Source: Escherichia coli
GTDB taxonomy: Bacteria > Pseudomonadota > Gammaproteobacteria > Enterobacterales > Enterobacteriaceae
Direction: 5' to 3' (one strand)
Assembly: GCF_003790525.1 (NCBI RefSeq)
Contig: NZ_CP033636.1
DNA length: 64,000 nucleotides
How positions within the stretch are numbered: the first letter of the stretch is position 1; every line of letters begins with the position of its first letter. This document shows, in pieces, positions 38,551-48,647 of this stretch. The translations under genes and the position numbers were made by a program. The notes beneath the pieces were generated by a model. The model worked only from the letters and a program-made list of their open reading frames with translations. It was not told the origin of the DNA and did not search any database.

Positions 38551-39800
38551 GCGTTAACTCCTTGCTTAGCTGAAAAACTTTTTATTTCATTTATAAATTG
38601 TTGATATACCTGTAATACAGATTCTTCTGCGACATCAAGTTGCTTTGCGGAACAAAGTTCCTCTGATTTTTTGATATCAAGCACTGTACGCCCTTTGGAA
38701 GCAGCTGCCTTAAATGCTTCAGAATTTTTTATGTTAGCGGACATCAAAAGGTCCTGAACAGTTCTGATTAATTTATCCAAAACTATTCTTTCATATGGAC
38801 TTTTGTCATCAACATTGACAGCAAGAACTTTGAACCATTTTAAATTATCGCCCTTACTTGGTGATTGTTTAAACCTTTCACTTATTGTAAGCATGAAGTC
38901 TGTAGTAGAGGCGTAATCATATTCACGTGGTGACACTGCGACAAGAATCCCATCGGCCGCTTCGTCAGCAGCCCAGATCAAAGGTGAATCTTCAGGTGGA
39001 GTGTCTATAATAATCAAATCATAGTTCTGCTTCAGTACCGGTAAGATAACTTCCTTGAAACGTAGTAACAAAGACGTTCGTTCTTCTCTAGAACATTGCC
39101 AGTATTTATCTTTAAAACGAGCATCTGTCGGAAATGCCGTTATCACGTCCAAGTTTGGCAGATGCGTTGAAAAAGGCATATTAGTGATGATTTCTTCTTC
39201 AGAGAATCCTGAATCTAAATATTTTTTATACTCAGAATTTTCTTCATAAATTCCAAGGATTGCATCAATTGCTGTAAGGAAGACATCATCTTCTGAGACA
39301 CTTTGAATCATGCTGCTTCCAATCGAACCTTGTGGGTCCCATTCGATCATTAATACACGTGCATTCAGTTGTAGATCTAAAGCAGCTGCTACTGCTAAAG
39401 CTACAGATGTAGTGCTTTTCCCTGTACCGCCTTTATGATTCTGAGTAACAATAGCTCTGCTAAAGTAATGATCGCGGTACTTGGGATAACCCAGGGCATC
39501 CATTATTTTTTGAACATCCCAGCGGGTGTAAAGATGATTTTTGTTTTGATAAATAGGTGCACCAACAACTTCTTTTTCTTCTAAGTCCGAAAGTATTTTA
39601 TTGAACGTTACTCGTGACTTCCCAAAAAAATCAGAGAGATTTTTTTTATTTAAACAGTGGTTGTAGATCAGTCTATCAACACCATCAACACTATCATCAG
39701 AAACAGATACTCTTGATGAAGCCATCAGAGATTCCTTAAGAGAAATCTGCTCGCTTTTCATGCGCTGACCAACGAGGGCGATCTTTTCAAGTAAATTCAT
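38547..39800 (-). CDS. parA: ParA/SopA-family partition ATPase (type Ia, long N-terminal extension)
   Basis: ORF track 417 aa; deviant Walker A KGGTGKSTT, ~110-aa N-terminal extension typical of SopA/P1 ParA-type proteins. Confidence 0.85.
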   Translation of the reverse strand: MNLLEKIALVGQRMKSEQISLKESLMASSRVSVSDDSVDGVDRLIYNHCLNKKNLSDFFGKSRVTFNKILSDLEEKEVVGAPIYQNKNHLYTRWDVQKIMDALGYPKYRDHYFSRAIVTQNHKGGTGKSTTSVALAVAAALDLQLNARVLMIEWDPQGSIGSSMIQSVSEDDVFLTAIDAILGIYEENSEYKKYLDSGFSEEEIITNMPFSTHLPNLDVITAFPTDARFKDKYWQCSREERTSLLLRFKEVILPVLKQNYDLIIIDTPPEDSPLIWAADEAADGILVAVSPREYDYASTTDFMLTISERFKQSPSKGDNLKWFKVLAVNVDDKSPYERIVLDKLIRTVQDLLMSANIKNSEAFKAAASKGRTVLDIKKSEELCSAKQLDVAEESVLQVYQQFINEIKSFSAKQGVNA

Positions 39801-39830
39801 GGTTATGACCTTTTTGCACTGAAAACCGAC

Positions 39831-39868
39831 TTTTACGCATATATGTAAACTTTACGCATAATGCGTCC
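39831..39868. promoter_or_regulatory. candidate parA operator (TTTACGCATA direct repeats plus ACGCATAATGCGT palindrome)
   Basis: Read from sequence 30-70 nt upstream of parA start; type Ia ParA proteins autoregulate through operators at this position. Confidence 0.3.
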
Positions 39869-40199
39869 ATTTCATTGTTATACGTACAATTCTATCCTTT
39901 GTTTCAATCCTAAGCTAATGTTTGTTTACTTTTTTATGATTTTTTGTGAGCTTAACTTGCAGATGAGAGCTCAGACTCTCTAGTCCATACCTAATGCTCA
40001 TTCTTTTTAAACCACGATTCTTGTCGACTTCTCTACGCTTTGACGTTATGAGCTCCATTAATGAATCTTCACGCCTACCCTATTTCTTGCTTAGACCCTA
40101 AAATCTATCTCACCGGTGTGCTGATTTACGTTTCCTAACTGTGAATCGTTGTCGTCAGTCCAGTCTAAAGATATGAGGTGTTAATCTCTTGAGTAGGCC

Positions 40200-43100
40200 C
40201 ACTACGAATTATGGGAGCAGAGTTAGCAACCTAGCCCAGAACTGAAACCCAACTTCAGGAGGCAACCCCAGTGTGGCGATTAAGGGGGTTAAATCTGCCA
40301 GCGGCTGACAGTGTCCTAGCTGCTGCTCAGTCACACCACGCCCTGATTAAATCTCCTGCCCGGTATTGTAAGGACCGAAAAAAGCCCGTGCATTTGTGTC
40401 GGCAGACCGGCATGAAGGAATATGACGTTAATCTGTATCAGCAGGCACTTTTCGCATGATGGGAGCAAGTGATAGCAACCCCGCCCAGAACGGAAGGCCA
40501 GCATCAGGACAAAACCCAAGTTTGGCGATTAAGGGGGTTAAATTTGCAAGCGGATGACAGTGCCCCAGCTGCTGCTCAGTCACACCACGCCCTGAGTAAA
40601 TCTCTCGCCAGGTCTTGTTATGACCGAAAATAGCCCAAGCACTGGTGTCGGCAGACCGGCATACAGGAATATGACGTTAATCTGTATCAGCAGATACATT
40701 TCGCATTATGGGAGCAAGAGATAGCAACCCAGCCCAGAACTGAAGGCCAGCATGAGGACAGAACACCAGTTTGGCGATTAAGGGAGTTAAATATGCAAGC
40801 TGCTGATAGTGCCCCAGCTCCTGCTCAGTAACACCACGCCCTGATAAAATCTCCTGCCCGGTAATGTAATGACCGAAAAAAGGCCGTGCACTGGTGTCGG
40901 CAGACCGGCACGCAGGAAAATGACGTTAATCTGTATTAACAGACACATTTCGCATTAGGGGAGCAAGTGATAGCCACCCAGCCCAGAACTGAAGGCCAGC
41001 ATCAGGACAGTACCCCAGTTTGGCGATTAAGGGGGTTAAATCCGCCAGTGGCTGTAAGTGCCCGAGCGGTGTATAAGAAATATTTCCCGAAGGACAATCT
41101 TTCGCTCGTACGATGAATAAAGTGTTCAACCCGGGAGCGGGGATCACTTAACCTGCTTAGCCTAAATCTTACGTCATTCTCTAAACGGAGTTTAAGCTTA
41201 ATGGTCCTTAGAAAGTTAAAAGGACTACCCATAATGACGTCTTGAGATGGCGAATAAAGGGTTTTAATCTGCCAGCGGCTGACAGTGCCCCAGCTTCTGC
41301 TCAGTCACACCACGCCTGATTAAATCTCCCGCCAGGTCTTATTATGACCGAAAATAGTCCCCGTGCACTAGAGTCGTAAGACCGGCATACAGGAATGAAG
41401 CTTAAATCTTTATCAGGTTGCAAGGTTCGCATCATGGGAGCAAGGGCCTTGAACTGTAGGTTAACATCAGAAAATCCCAGATTGGCGATTAAGGGGGTTA
41501 AATCTGACAGCGACTGAAAGTGCCTTCAGATGCTGCTCAGGTATATTACAACCTGAAAAAATCAAGCGTCTGTTCATGCGAATATCGAAAAAAGCTATGC
41601 ACCAGTTTCGGCAGACCGGCATGGAGTAATGAGACGTTAATCTGTATCAGCTGGCGCATTTCGTATCATGGGAGCAAGTGTTAGCAACCCTGCCCAGGAC
41701 GGAAGGACACTATCAGGACTGATCCCAGTTTGGAGATTAAGGGGGTTAAATCTGCCAGTGGCTGACAGAGCCTTCTGATGCTGCTCAGACATACTATGCA
41801 ACGATAAAATCACCCGTCCGTCCTTGTGATTATCGGAAAAAGCCATGCACCGGAGTCGGCAGATCGGTATGCAGTAATGTGACTTTAATCTGTATCAGCA
41901 GGCGCAATGGGAGCAAGTGTTAGCAACCGAGCCCAGGACGGAAGGACACTATCAGGACTGAACCCCAGTGTGGCGATTAAGGGGGTTAAATCTGCAAGCG
42001 GATAACAGTGCCCCAGCTGCTGCTCAGTCACACCACGCCCTGATTAAATCTCTCGCCAGGTCTTGTTAGGACCGAAAATAGCCCGAGCACTGGTGTCGGC
42101 AGACCGGCATACAGGAATACGACGTTAATTTGTATCAGCAGGTACATTTCGCATTATGGGAGCAAGTGATAGCAACCCAGCTCAGAACTGAAGGCCTGCA
42201 TGAGGACAGAACACCAGTTTGGCGATTAAGGGGGTTAAATCTGACAGCGGCTGACAGTGCCTTCAGATGCTGCTCAGGCATACTACTCTCCCTGATATAA
42301 TCTCCCATATGTTCTTGAGATCGTCGGAAATCGCCCATGCACCGGTGTCGGCAGACCGGTATGCAGTAATGTGATTTTAATCTGTATCAGCAGGCACATT
42401 TCGTATCATGGGAGTAAGTGTTAGCAAACCGAACCCCGCCCAGCACGGAAGGTCAATATCAGACCAGAATCCCAGTTTGGCGATTAAGGGGGTTAAATCT
42501 GCAAGCTGCTGACAGTGCCCCAGCTTCTGCTCAGTCACACCACGCCCTGATAAAATCTCCTGCCCGGTAATGTGATGACCGAAAAAAGCCCGTGCACTGG
42601 TGTTGGCAGACCGGCACGCAGGAATATGACGTTAATCTGTATCAGCAGTTACATTTCGCATTATGGGAGGAAGTGATAGCCACCCAGCCCAGAACTGAAG
42701 GCCAGCATCAGGACAGTACCCCAGTTTGGCGATTAAGGGGGTTAAATCCGGCAGCGGCAGTAAGTGCCCGTGCTGTGTTAAAGGAATATTTCCCTAAGGA
42801 CAATCTTCCGATCGGCCTTTTGTATAAAGTGGTCACCCCGGGAGCGGGGATCACTTTACCTGCTTAGCCTAAATCTTACGTCAATCACTATCCGGAATTT
42901 TAGCTTAATGGTCCTGAGCAAGTTAAAAGGGGTACCCCTAATGACGTCCCCAGATGGCGATAAAGGAGTTAATTCCGCCTTCGGCTTACAGTGCCGCAGC
43001 TGCTGCTAAGGAACACCACGCCCTGATTAAATCTCCCGCCTGGCCTTGTGATGACCAAAAATTGTCCGTGCACTGGCGTCGTAAGACCGGCATACAGGAA

Positions 43101-43210
43101 TGAGGCGTTAATCTTTATTAGGTGGAAGGATTCGCATCATGGGAGCAAGGGCCCTAGAACTGTAGGCTAACATTAGAAAATCACAGATTGGCGATAAAGG
43201 GGGTTAAATA
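40200..43210. repeat. tandem array of about 13 direct repeats of ~245-260 bp with higher-order organisation (two blocks of A-type units each ending in a diverged B and C unit)
   Basis: Unit starts marked by TGGCGATTAAGGGGGTTAAATCTGC at 40264, 40523, 40772, 41021, then B-type 41021-41260 and C-type 41262-41480, A-type units resume 41483-42720, B-type again 42722-42950 and C-type 42953-43205; shared blocks GTGTCGGCAGACCGGCAT and ATGACGTTAATCTGTATCAGCAGG in A units. Confidence 0.85.
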
Positions 43211-43575
43211 AGTTAAAAGTCTTCGGTGAGCAAATTGGATAAATTTTCATAAACCAAAGCGTTAATATTAAACTTTTAGAAGAATGATTAAAGGATATTA
43301 AGTTTTGTATGCAATATGACACCAGTGATCTGTTTTCACTAATAATGCCGCGCTCCTTTGATTACCTTTGGTAAACAAAAATGTAATTTACGTGAATTTC
43401 ATCTTATAAAGTCAGTATTGATGTTATAAATTTTGTTTACTTAATGCGTACACAACCTAAATGCGATTTGTAATTATGTCACTGTTTTTAAGCCATATTA
43501 ATTATAAAACCAAAATTTGCAGCACAGTGATGAACTCATTAAGTCATAACCTCATTTGTTTACTTAAGGCATACA

Positions 43576-43608
43576 ATAAAAAACCAGATTCTTATGAGAC
43601 ATCTGGTT
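43576..43608 (-). terminator. intrinsic terminator after traC
   Basis: AACCAGAT...ATCTGGTT hairpin with A6 on plus strand (U-run after hairpin on minus transcript) 30 nt downstream of the traC stop (43637). Confidence 0.55.
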
Positions 43609-43636
43609 TAATTGTTTTTGCTTGAAGATATTTACT

Positions 43637-46318
43637 CTACGCGGCCAAACCCGCTGCTACTTCTTGAGCATAGAGAATTTCTATTGCCTCGCCATAGCTA
43701 CAATTCTCGCGGCTTTGAATTTCCCATAATTTACTCCTGTCAGCACTATCCGTAGTAAAACAAAGCTCCATTTTCCGGTCTACGTATAACCGACAGATCT
43801 CTTGGAAGTTTTCGAACCTGACTAACATCTCTGAAAACACCTTTTTGACTGTACGAATATTTTTCATTCGTTCATATTCTGCATCTGAAGTAGAAAAATA
43901 TTTATTAGCCTTCATTGCTTCAATGCTTTCTTTTTCTTGTTTCATGATTATCTTCCAAGGCGAGTTAGCAGTCAGGGCCCGGCCAACAGAAGAAGTAAAA
44001 TAATCTTCAAACGACTGTGTGATACAGATGCCAGCGCAGTTTGTTTTCCTGAACCTACGCCATGCCGCTTCGAGGAAGGAAGAGAAGAATTGGTTTGATT
44101 GATTTCCGGCACCTGATGAATTATCAGGACGAATGTACTCCCAAGCTTCATCTAGGATGAACAAGCGACGACGCCCATCTTTTTTGATGAACATTGCATG
44201 CTGAGCAGCCTGAATGATAGACATTAAAACAACTGTCTGAAGGTGGGGGGTGCCTTTTAGCTCCTCCAGTTCCAAAACAATAAATCTGCTGTCGAAGTTG
44301 ATTGGAGGCAACGTATCGGTAAACCGGTGCCCATAAATTCCACCTTCGCACCATGCTCCGAGTTGCTCCCCAATATCCTTTATACGTTTGTCTTCATGCT
44401 TCTTGCAACGCAGAGCAAAGCCGGTTATTGAACCGGTCCGACCTGATTTTCTGGATTCCTGGTACTCTTCTGCAATAAGCTGAAGCATCACTGATTGTTG
44501 ATAATCATCGATAAGGCCTTTCTCTGAAGCCATAATTTTTAGCTGATTCAGAACCATTATGGTCTGAGCAACTTTGTCTTTTTCTGCATCGTTTGAAGTT
44601 GATTCACCGGTAAATTCAGGTGCTTCGTTAAATACATCGTCGTTAACAGTGATGTCAGTTAGGAAGGCAAAGGGATTTAGGGTGAAGTCAGGGGTTTTAC
44701 CGAAATCAATAAATTGACTGTTTGTATATTGTTCCGCAATCCCCTGGTAAGAACGCCCCACGTCCACTACAAAAACTTGAGCACCATCAGGATCATCATC
44801 TGGGTATTCGTTTTCTAAAAAATGCTTAAATGTTGAGCGATAATGAACGAGGTTATTAGATCGCGGTCCAGCTCCAAGATAGTTATTGATTAGATATGCT
44901 GTCCAGAATGACTTGCCTGCACCTGACGTTGCACCAATAACCATGTTATAGCTTGCAGAAGTCTTGAAAATATCAAGTCCCATGAGTTGACCTTCACGAG
45001 AAACTAAACTCAGTACTGGTCTATCTGTATTACCTTTCCAGGGCCCAAAGATCGGCGTCATATGAGCCGCTCCGGTGTTGCTCACTACTTCGGATCGGTC
45101 AAGGTCGAAAATTGTCTTTGGGTCATTGCACATTGGCAGACATGACATAAATGACGGGAAAACGATAAAGGAATCATCTGCTACTTTGACCCGGCTTTCG
45201 AGGTAAAAGGATTTGAGATCGTTAGCTGCTGTCTGCACAGAATTGGCATTACTACCCATAACAGTGAAAGTAAGATACCCTCTTAAAAGCTTTGCGCCAT
45301 CCTCAAGCTCGCGAGTTACGGCCATGTAGTCATTATCCATATCCCGCAGGCGAGGGCAGAATGTGACAACTGAAGGTATACTTGCCTGTTTATTAGTGAT
45401 TGCTTTGTAGCGGACGTTTTCTTTTGACAACTTGAGCGGATCGGCAAACTGAACAGTCTGAGTGATCATAAATGGGCTGAAAATTGTCTTACGTCCATGC
45501 ATCCAGTTAACTACTAACTCATACATACAACCGAAATTGACGTATTCAGGAAACTTTACAACGGAAAGTTGTTTGAAGTAACGATGCTCAGATTCGTCGT
45601 CACTTTGTGTGACTGATGAGAAATGATTTTCTGTGACTGTATACTTACGGCCGGGAACGTTAACTTGTTCATTAAGCCTTTTCATAGTGTTAACGTCTAT
45701 AAAACCTTCAGCCCACCGAGAGTTCTTTCCGGGGTTTACGACCTTATCTATACAATAGAGCCAGTTTTCTGCATCGACCTTAAACGGATGCAGTCCAATC
45801 GTAATTAACTTACTTACAAGTTCAGAGTAAAGTGAATCGATACGCGAATGTTCCAGCTCGGTAGGAAGGGCAGACTGTAAAGGAATCGATAGCGAGATCC
45901 ATACCTGAAAATCCCTCAACATAAGGTTATCATGATCAGGTTTTAAAGGCTTATGCATACTTCTGTCGTAGTAGTCCAACTGATAACCATTAAGCAGATC
46001 TGCTTTAAGCTTATCGTTCCCAGTCATACGCCCACCTCGCACAGCTGACCAAGCACTAAGCTGTAAAGTCAAGTCTGGCAATGCAGTCAGAGATATTTGA
46101 CAGACAGTATCTGTAGGAAAATCCATTTTGAACATTTCAGCAAGAACATCTTGCTGATTATCAAAAACTCCAGGTGATGGATTACAGATAAACATAAACC
46201 CTAATCTGTTGCCATCAATCAAAAAATAGTGAGTCCCTGCTAATTGATCGTAAACAGGGATAAACCCACCTAATTGATGGCGATTTAAACCGCTATTGTA
46301 ATTATTGATAGCTTCCAT
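43637..46318 (-). CDS. traC: TraC (VirB4-like) conjugative transfer ATPase
   Basis: ORF track 893 aa; Walker A GATSGAGKS, Walker B-like FILDEAW; size and position after traV typical of F-type TraC. Confidence 0.8.
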   Translation of the reverse strand: MEAINNYNSGLNRHQLGGFIPVYDQLAGTHYFLIDGNRLGFMFICNPSPGVFDNQQDVLAEMFKMDFPTDTVCQISLTALPDLTLQLSAWSAVRGGRMTGNDKLKADLLNGYQLDYYDRSMHKPLKPDHDNLMLRDFQVWISLSIPLQSALPTELEHSRIDSLYSELVSKLITIGLHPFKVDAENWLYCIDKVVNPGKNSRWAEGFIDVNTMKRLNEQVNVPGRKYTVTENHFSSVTQSDDESEHRYFKQLSVVKFPEYVNFGCMYELVVNWMHGRKTIFSPFMITQTVQFADPLKLSKENVRYKAITNKQASIPSVVTFCPRLRDMDNDYMAVTRELEDGAKLLRGYLTFTVMGSNANSVQTAANDLKSFYLESRVKVADDSFIVFPSFMSCLPMCNDPKTIFDLDRSEVVSNTGAAHMTPIFGPWKGNTDRPVLSLVSREGQLMGLDIFKTSASYNMVIGATSGAGKSFWTAYLINNYLGAGPRSNNLVHYRSTFKHFLENEYPDDDPDGAQVFVVDVGRSYQGIAEQYTNSQFIDFGKTPDFTLNPFAFLTDITVNDDVFNEAPEFTGESTSNDAEKDKVAQTIMVLNQLKIMASEKGLIDDYQQSVMLQLIAEEYQESRKSGRTGSITGFALRCKKHEDKRIKDIGEQLGAWCEGGIYGHRFTDTLPPINFDSRFIVLELEELKGTPHLQTVVLMSIIQAAQHAMFIKKDGRRRLFILDEAWEYIRPDNSSGAGNQSNQFFSSFLEAAWRRFRKTNCAGICITQSFEDYFTSSVGRALTANSPWKIIMKQEKESIEAMKANKYFSTSDAEYERMKNIRTVKKVFSEMLVRFENFQEICRLYVDRKMELCFTTDSADRSKLWEIQSRENCSYGEAIEILYAQEVAAGLAA

Positions 46319-46326
46319 ATTTGACC

Positions 46327-47277
46327 TTACAGTTGTCTAACAATGCCGTTCGAAGAGACAGCTTTAGTTGCTTTTTGTTGCTGCTGCATATTTTCCCGGG
46401 CCGCATCCTGTACTTCTAAAGGAACTATGCGAGCTGGGTTTGAGGTCGAATTCTTGCCAGCAATCCATGTTTGCGGTTTTACGTTGACATAAACGTAGCC
46501 GGGAAGATTAAGCGCATCGTTATCATCGGTATAAGGTGCAAAAGTAATTCTCATTACTTTCCCCTGTTGCAGAACAGCAAGTGGTTCAGGAGCCACTACA
46601 GCTTGTTTATAACCTTGCGAACGGTATTGCTGGATCTGCCCAGTGTTGAGAGTAGGGTTAACGGGCTGGCCATTGTAAAGAGAGTACATATCCTTGCCAG
46701 GGCTGATATCAGAATTAGGTGCAACGTAGCGTGGTGCATTTCCAGCAGAAACCGGATAGCTTGTTTGTTTAACGACTTCCGCAGCCGGATGAACGAAAGG
46801 GTTACCAGCTGAAGAGGCAGTGCTATAACTGCTAGTCATCCTTACGTTTGAATTAACCGGTACACCAGAAATAGGCCGTGGTCCAATGGATGAAGTAGGG
46901 GCACCCATTTTTAAAGTTTTATCGTACATGACAGGTAACTGACCAACTGGCTTAATTTCGGTTTTTGAATAAGCCACAGGCTGATTTTTAAGGGTTGTAG
47001 ACTGTGGATATTTGACTTCCCCTGGAGGGCTAATTTCAGTTGGATAACGGCTGTCATTGACAGCCGATTTCTCCTTTCCCGATTCCGACTCTTCCCCCGC
47101 AAGTGCAGACAGATCATCTCGATTATTAGTTAACTCCATAACTTCGCGAGGACCTTTACAGATAACGCCCTTTTCAATGCCTGGACATTCGGATTCGGAA
47201 CTCCCGATGGAGCACCCCGTAAGATATGAGGATGTACCTACAACCAGAGCACTGAGTACCAATCTTTTGATGTTCAT
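46327..47277 (-). CDS. traV: TraV-like outer-membrane lipoprotein
   Basis: ORF track 316 aa; lipobox SYLTGCS; position between traB-region genes and traC. Confidence 0.5.
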   Translation of the reverse strand: MNIKRLVLSALVVGTSSYLTGCSIGSSESECPGIEKGVICKGPREVMELTNNRDDLSALAGEESESGKEKSAVNDSRYPTEISPPGEVKYPQSTTLKNQPVAYSKTEIKPVGQLPVMYDKTLKMGAPTSSIGPRPISGVPVNSNVRMTSSYSTASSAGNPFVHPAAEVVKQTSYPVSAGNAPRYVAPNSDISPGKDMYSLYNGQPVNPTLNTGQIQQYRSQGYKQAVVAPEPLAVLQQGKVMRITFAPYTDDNDALNLPGYVYVNVKPQTWIAGKNSTSNPARIVPLEVQDAARENMQQQQKATKAVSSNGIVRQL

Positions 47278-47286
47278 AAACTAGCC

Positions 47287-48171
47287 TTAATTTGTCTCAA
47301 ATGGATTTTTTAAGAGAGGTTCAACGCTTTGGTTCAACCAGTAGTCGAAATCTTTTGGAATGCCATTACCAGCCAAACCATCCTGTCTGACAACTGAAGG
47401 TACACCCTGCAATTTATAAATTCCTGCGAGCATCAATGACGCTACCAAAGGTTCCGCCGGACATTCTTCTGCTTCTTTTTGAGAGAGCAATCTTTTTTCA
47501 ATGTCGGATTTGCTTCCCATTAGCCAACGAAGAATATCGAGGTTGTTTATTTTTCCTTTTTCTTTACTACACCAGAGCCTTCTAAGCTCTTCTTTTGGCT
47601 CACCGGGTGAGGGAACTAAAACAATATCTATCCGATACTTGTCCCGATCTGCATAAAATTTCTTAACAAGTTCCATGCAACCGTCACAATCAAGTGTTAA
47701 GAAAATGGCTGCTTGTCTCTTAAGCTTTGAATTTCCCAGATGAATGGACGCTACAGTTTCCAGAGGGAAGGGGGCCTCATCAAGACTAATAAAATAGGAA
47801 TTTCTGATTTCTTCTACAGTCAGAACAGGTTTACGTTTAATTACATCAACAAGGCTTCCCCCAGTAAGGGAGTATCGGCCATCGGTCGTTACTGCCATTA
47901 GCTGCGAACGCTCGTCCTGAAAGAGGTATAGCCCACCAGAAGGAATGTATATGGCATCCTTAGGTTTATATCCTTTCATTTTTGATAACGCACCCGAGAT
48001 CTGACTGGGTGAAACGCCGCCTTCCTTTGCCTTTGCCATTAACGCAGCAGCATCACTATTAGTTAGGACCTGCTCTGAAGCATAAGTGACCGTATTCGCC
48101 ATAATGGCGAAAGCCGCCATTAAAGGGAAAAGTAACTTTTTCACTATTGGGTGCCCTCTACTTCTTTGCAT
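47287..48171 (-). CDS. periplasmic thioredoxin-like protein (DsbC/TrbB-like)
   Basis: ORF track gives 47287-48270; a signal peptide begins at the internal Met (MQRSRGHPIVKKLLFPLMAAFAIMA), so start set to 48171; CxxC motif DCDGCM. Confidence 0.5.
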   Translation of the reverse strand: MQRSRGHPIVKKLLFPLMAAFAIMANTVTYASEQVLTNSDAAALMAKAKEGGVSPSQISGALSKMKGYKPKDAIYIPSGGLYLFQDERSQLMAVTTDGRYSLTGGSLVDVIKRKPVLTVEEIRNSYFISLDEAPFPLETVASIHLGNSKLKRQAAIFLTLDCDGCMELVKKFYADRDKYRIDIVLVPSPGEPKEELRRLWCSKEKGKINNLDILRWLMGSKSDIEKRLLSQKEAEECPAEPLVASLMLAGIYKLQGVPSVVRQDGLAGNGIPKDFDYWLNQSVEPLLKNPFETN

Positions 48172-48640
48172 TATAAGAACTTGATTGTACCGCTTCAGAG
48201 CTATCTTCAAGTTCCATATAAGTGACGATTTCAACACTATCCGGTACAGTAACGGCAAGCGTTGCATCAATAATTAAATAGCCACGGTCACGGTAGATCT
48301 TCATTAATGTTCTGAAATATTCTTCGAATTGAGTTCTATCATTGTCAGCAGTACGGCCTCCGTGATGCTTGAAAAATTCCTTACGTAATTCAGGCATGTC
48401 AAGCACTGCAATCTTGTACGAAGGCTGTGATTGTTTATTGAAGTAATCGTAAACATTCATAAAGCCTTTATAACCATAAATAATGACCAAAACGGCAAAG
48501 GCGAAGAAAAATAAATACTTCAATATTTTTTCAATATCAATTTCGAAGGTAATTTTTTTTGTTGTCCTTTCTCGCACCATTTTTTTAGTGATTTCAGGTC
48601 CAGCTGATTCAGTCGATTCTTTTTTTTCTAAACTATCCAT
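48158..48640 (-). CDS. hypothetical membrane protein (single TM helix)
   Basis: ORF track 160 aa; one hydrophobic helix (YLFFFAFAVLVIIYGY). Confidence 0.45.
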   Translation of the reverse strand: MDSLEKKESTESAGPEITKKMVRERTTKKITFEIDIEKILKYLFFFAFAVLVIIYGYKGFMNVYDYFNKQSQPSYKIAVLDMPELRKEFFKHHGGRTADNDRTQFEEYFRTLMKIYRDRGYLIIDATLAVTVPDSVEIVTYMELEDSSEAVQSSSYNAKK

Positions 48641-48647
48641 TTAAACC

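Noticed and set aside
40271-42867. Short ORFs called inside the tandem repeat array (40271-40459, 40331-40519, 40926-41147, 41002-41232, 41637-41846, 42135-42338, 42592-42867)
   Set aside because: Frames and stop positions are not conserved from unit to unit, so these are chance ORFs in repetitive DNA.
40200-43210. Possible CRISPR array suggested by regular direct repeats
   Set aside because: Repeat units are ~250 bp and abut one another with no unique spacers between short repeats; no cas genes in the window.
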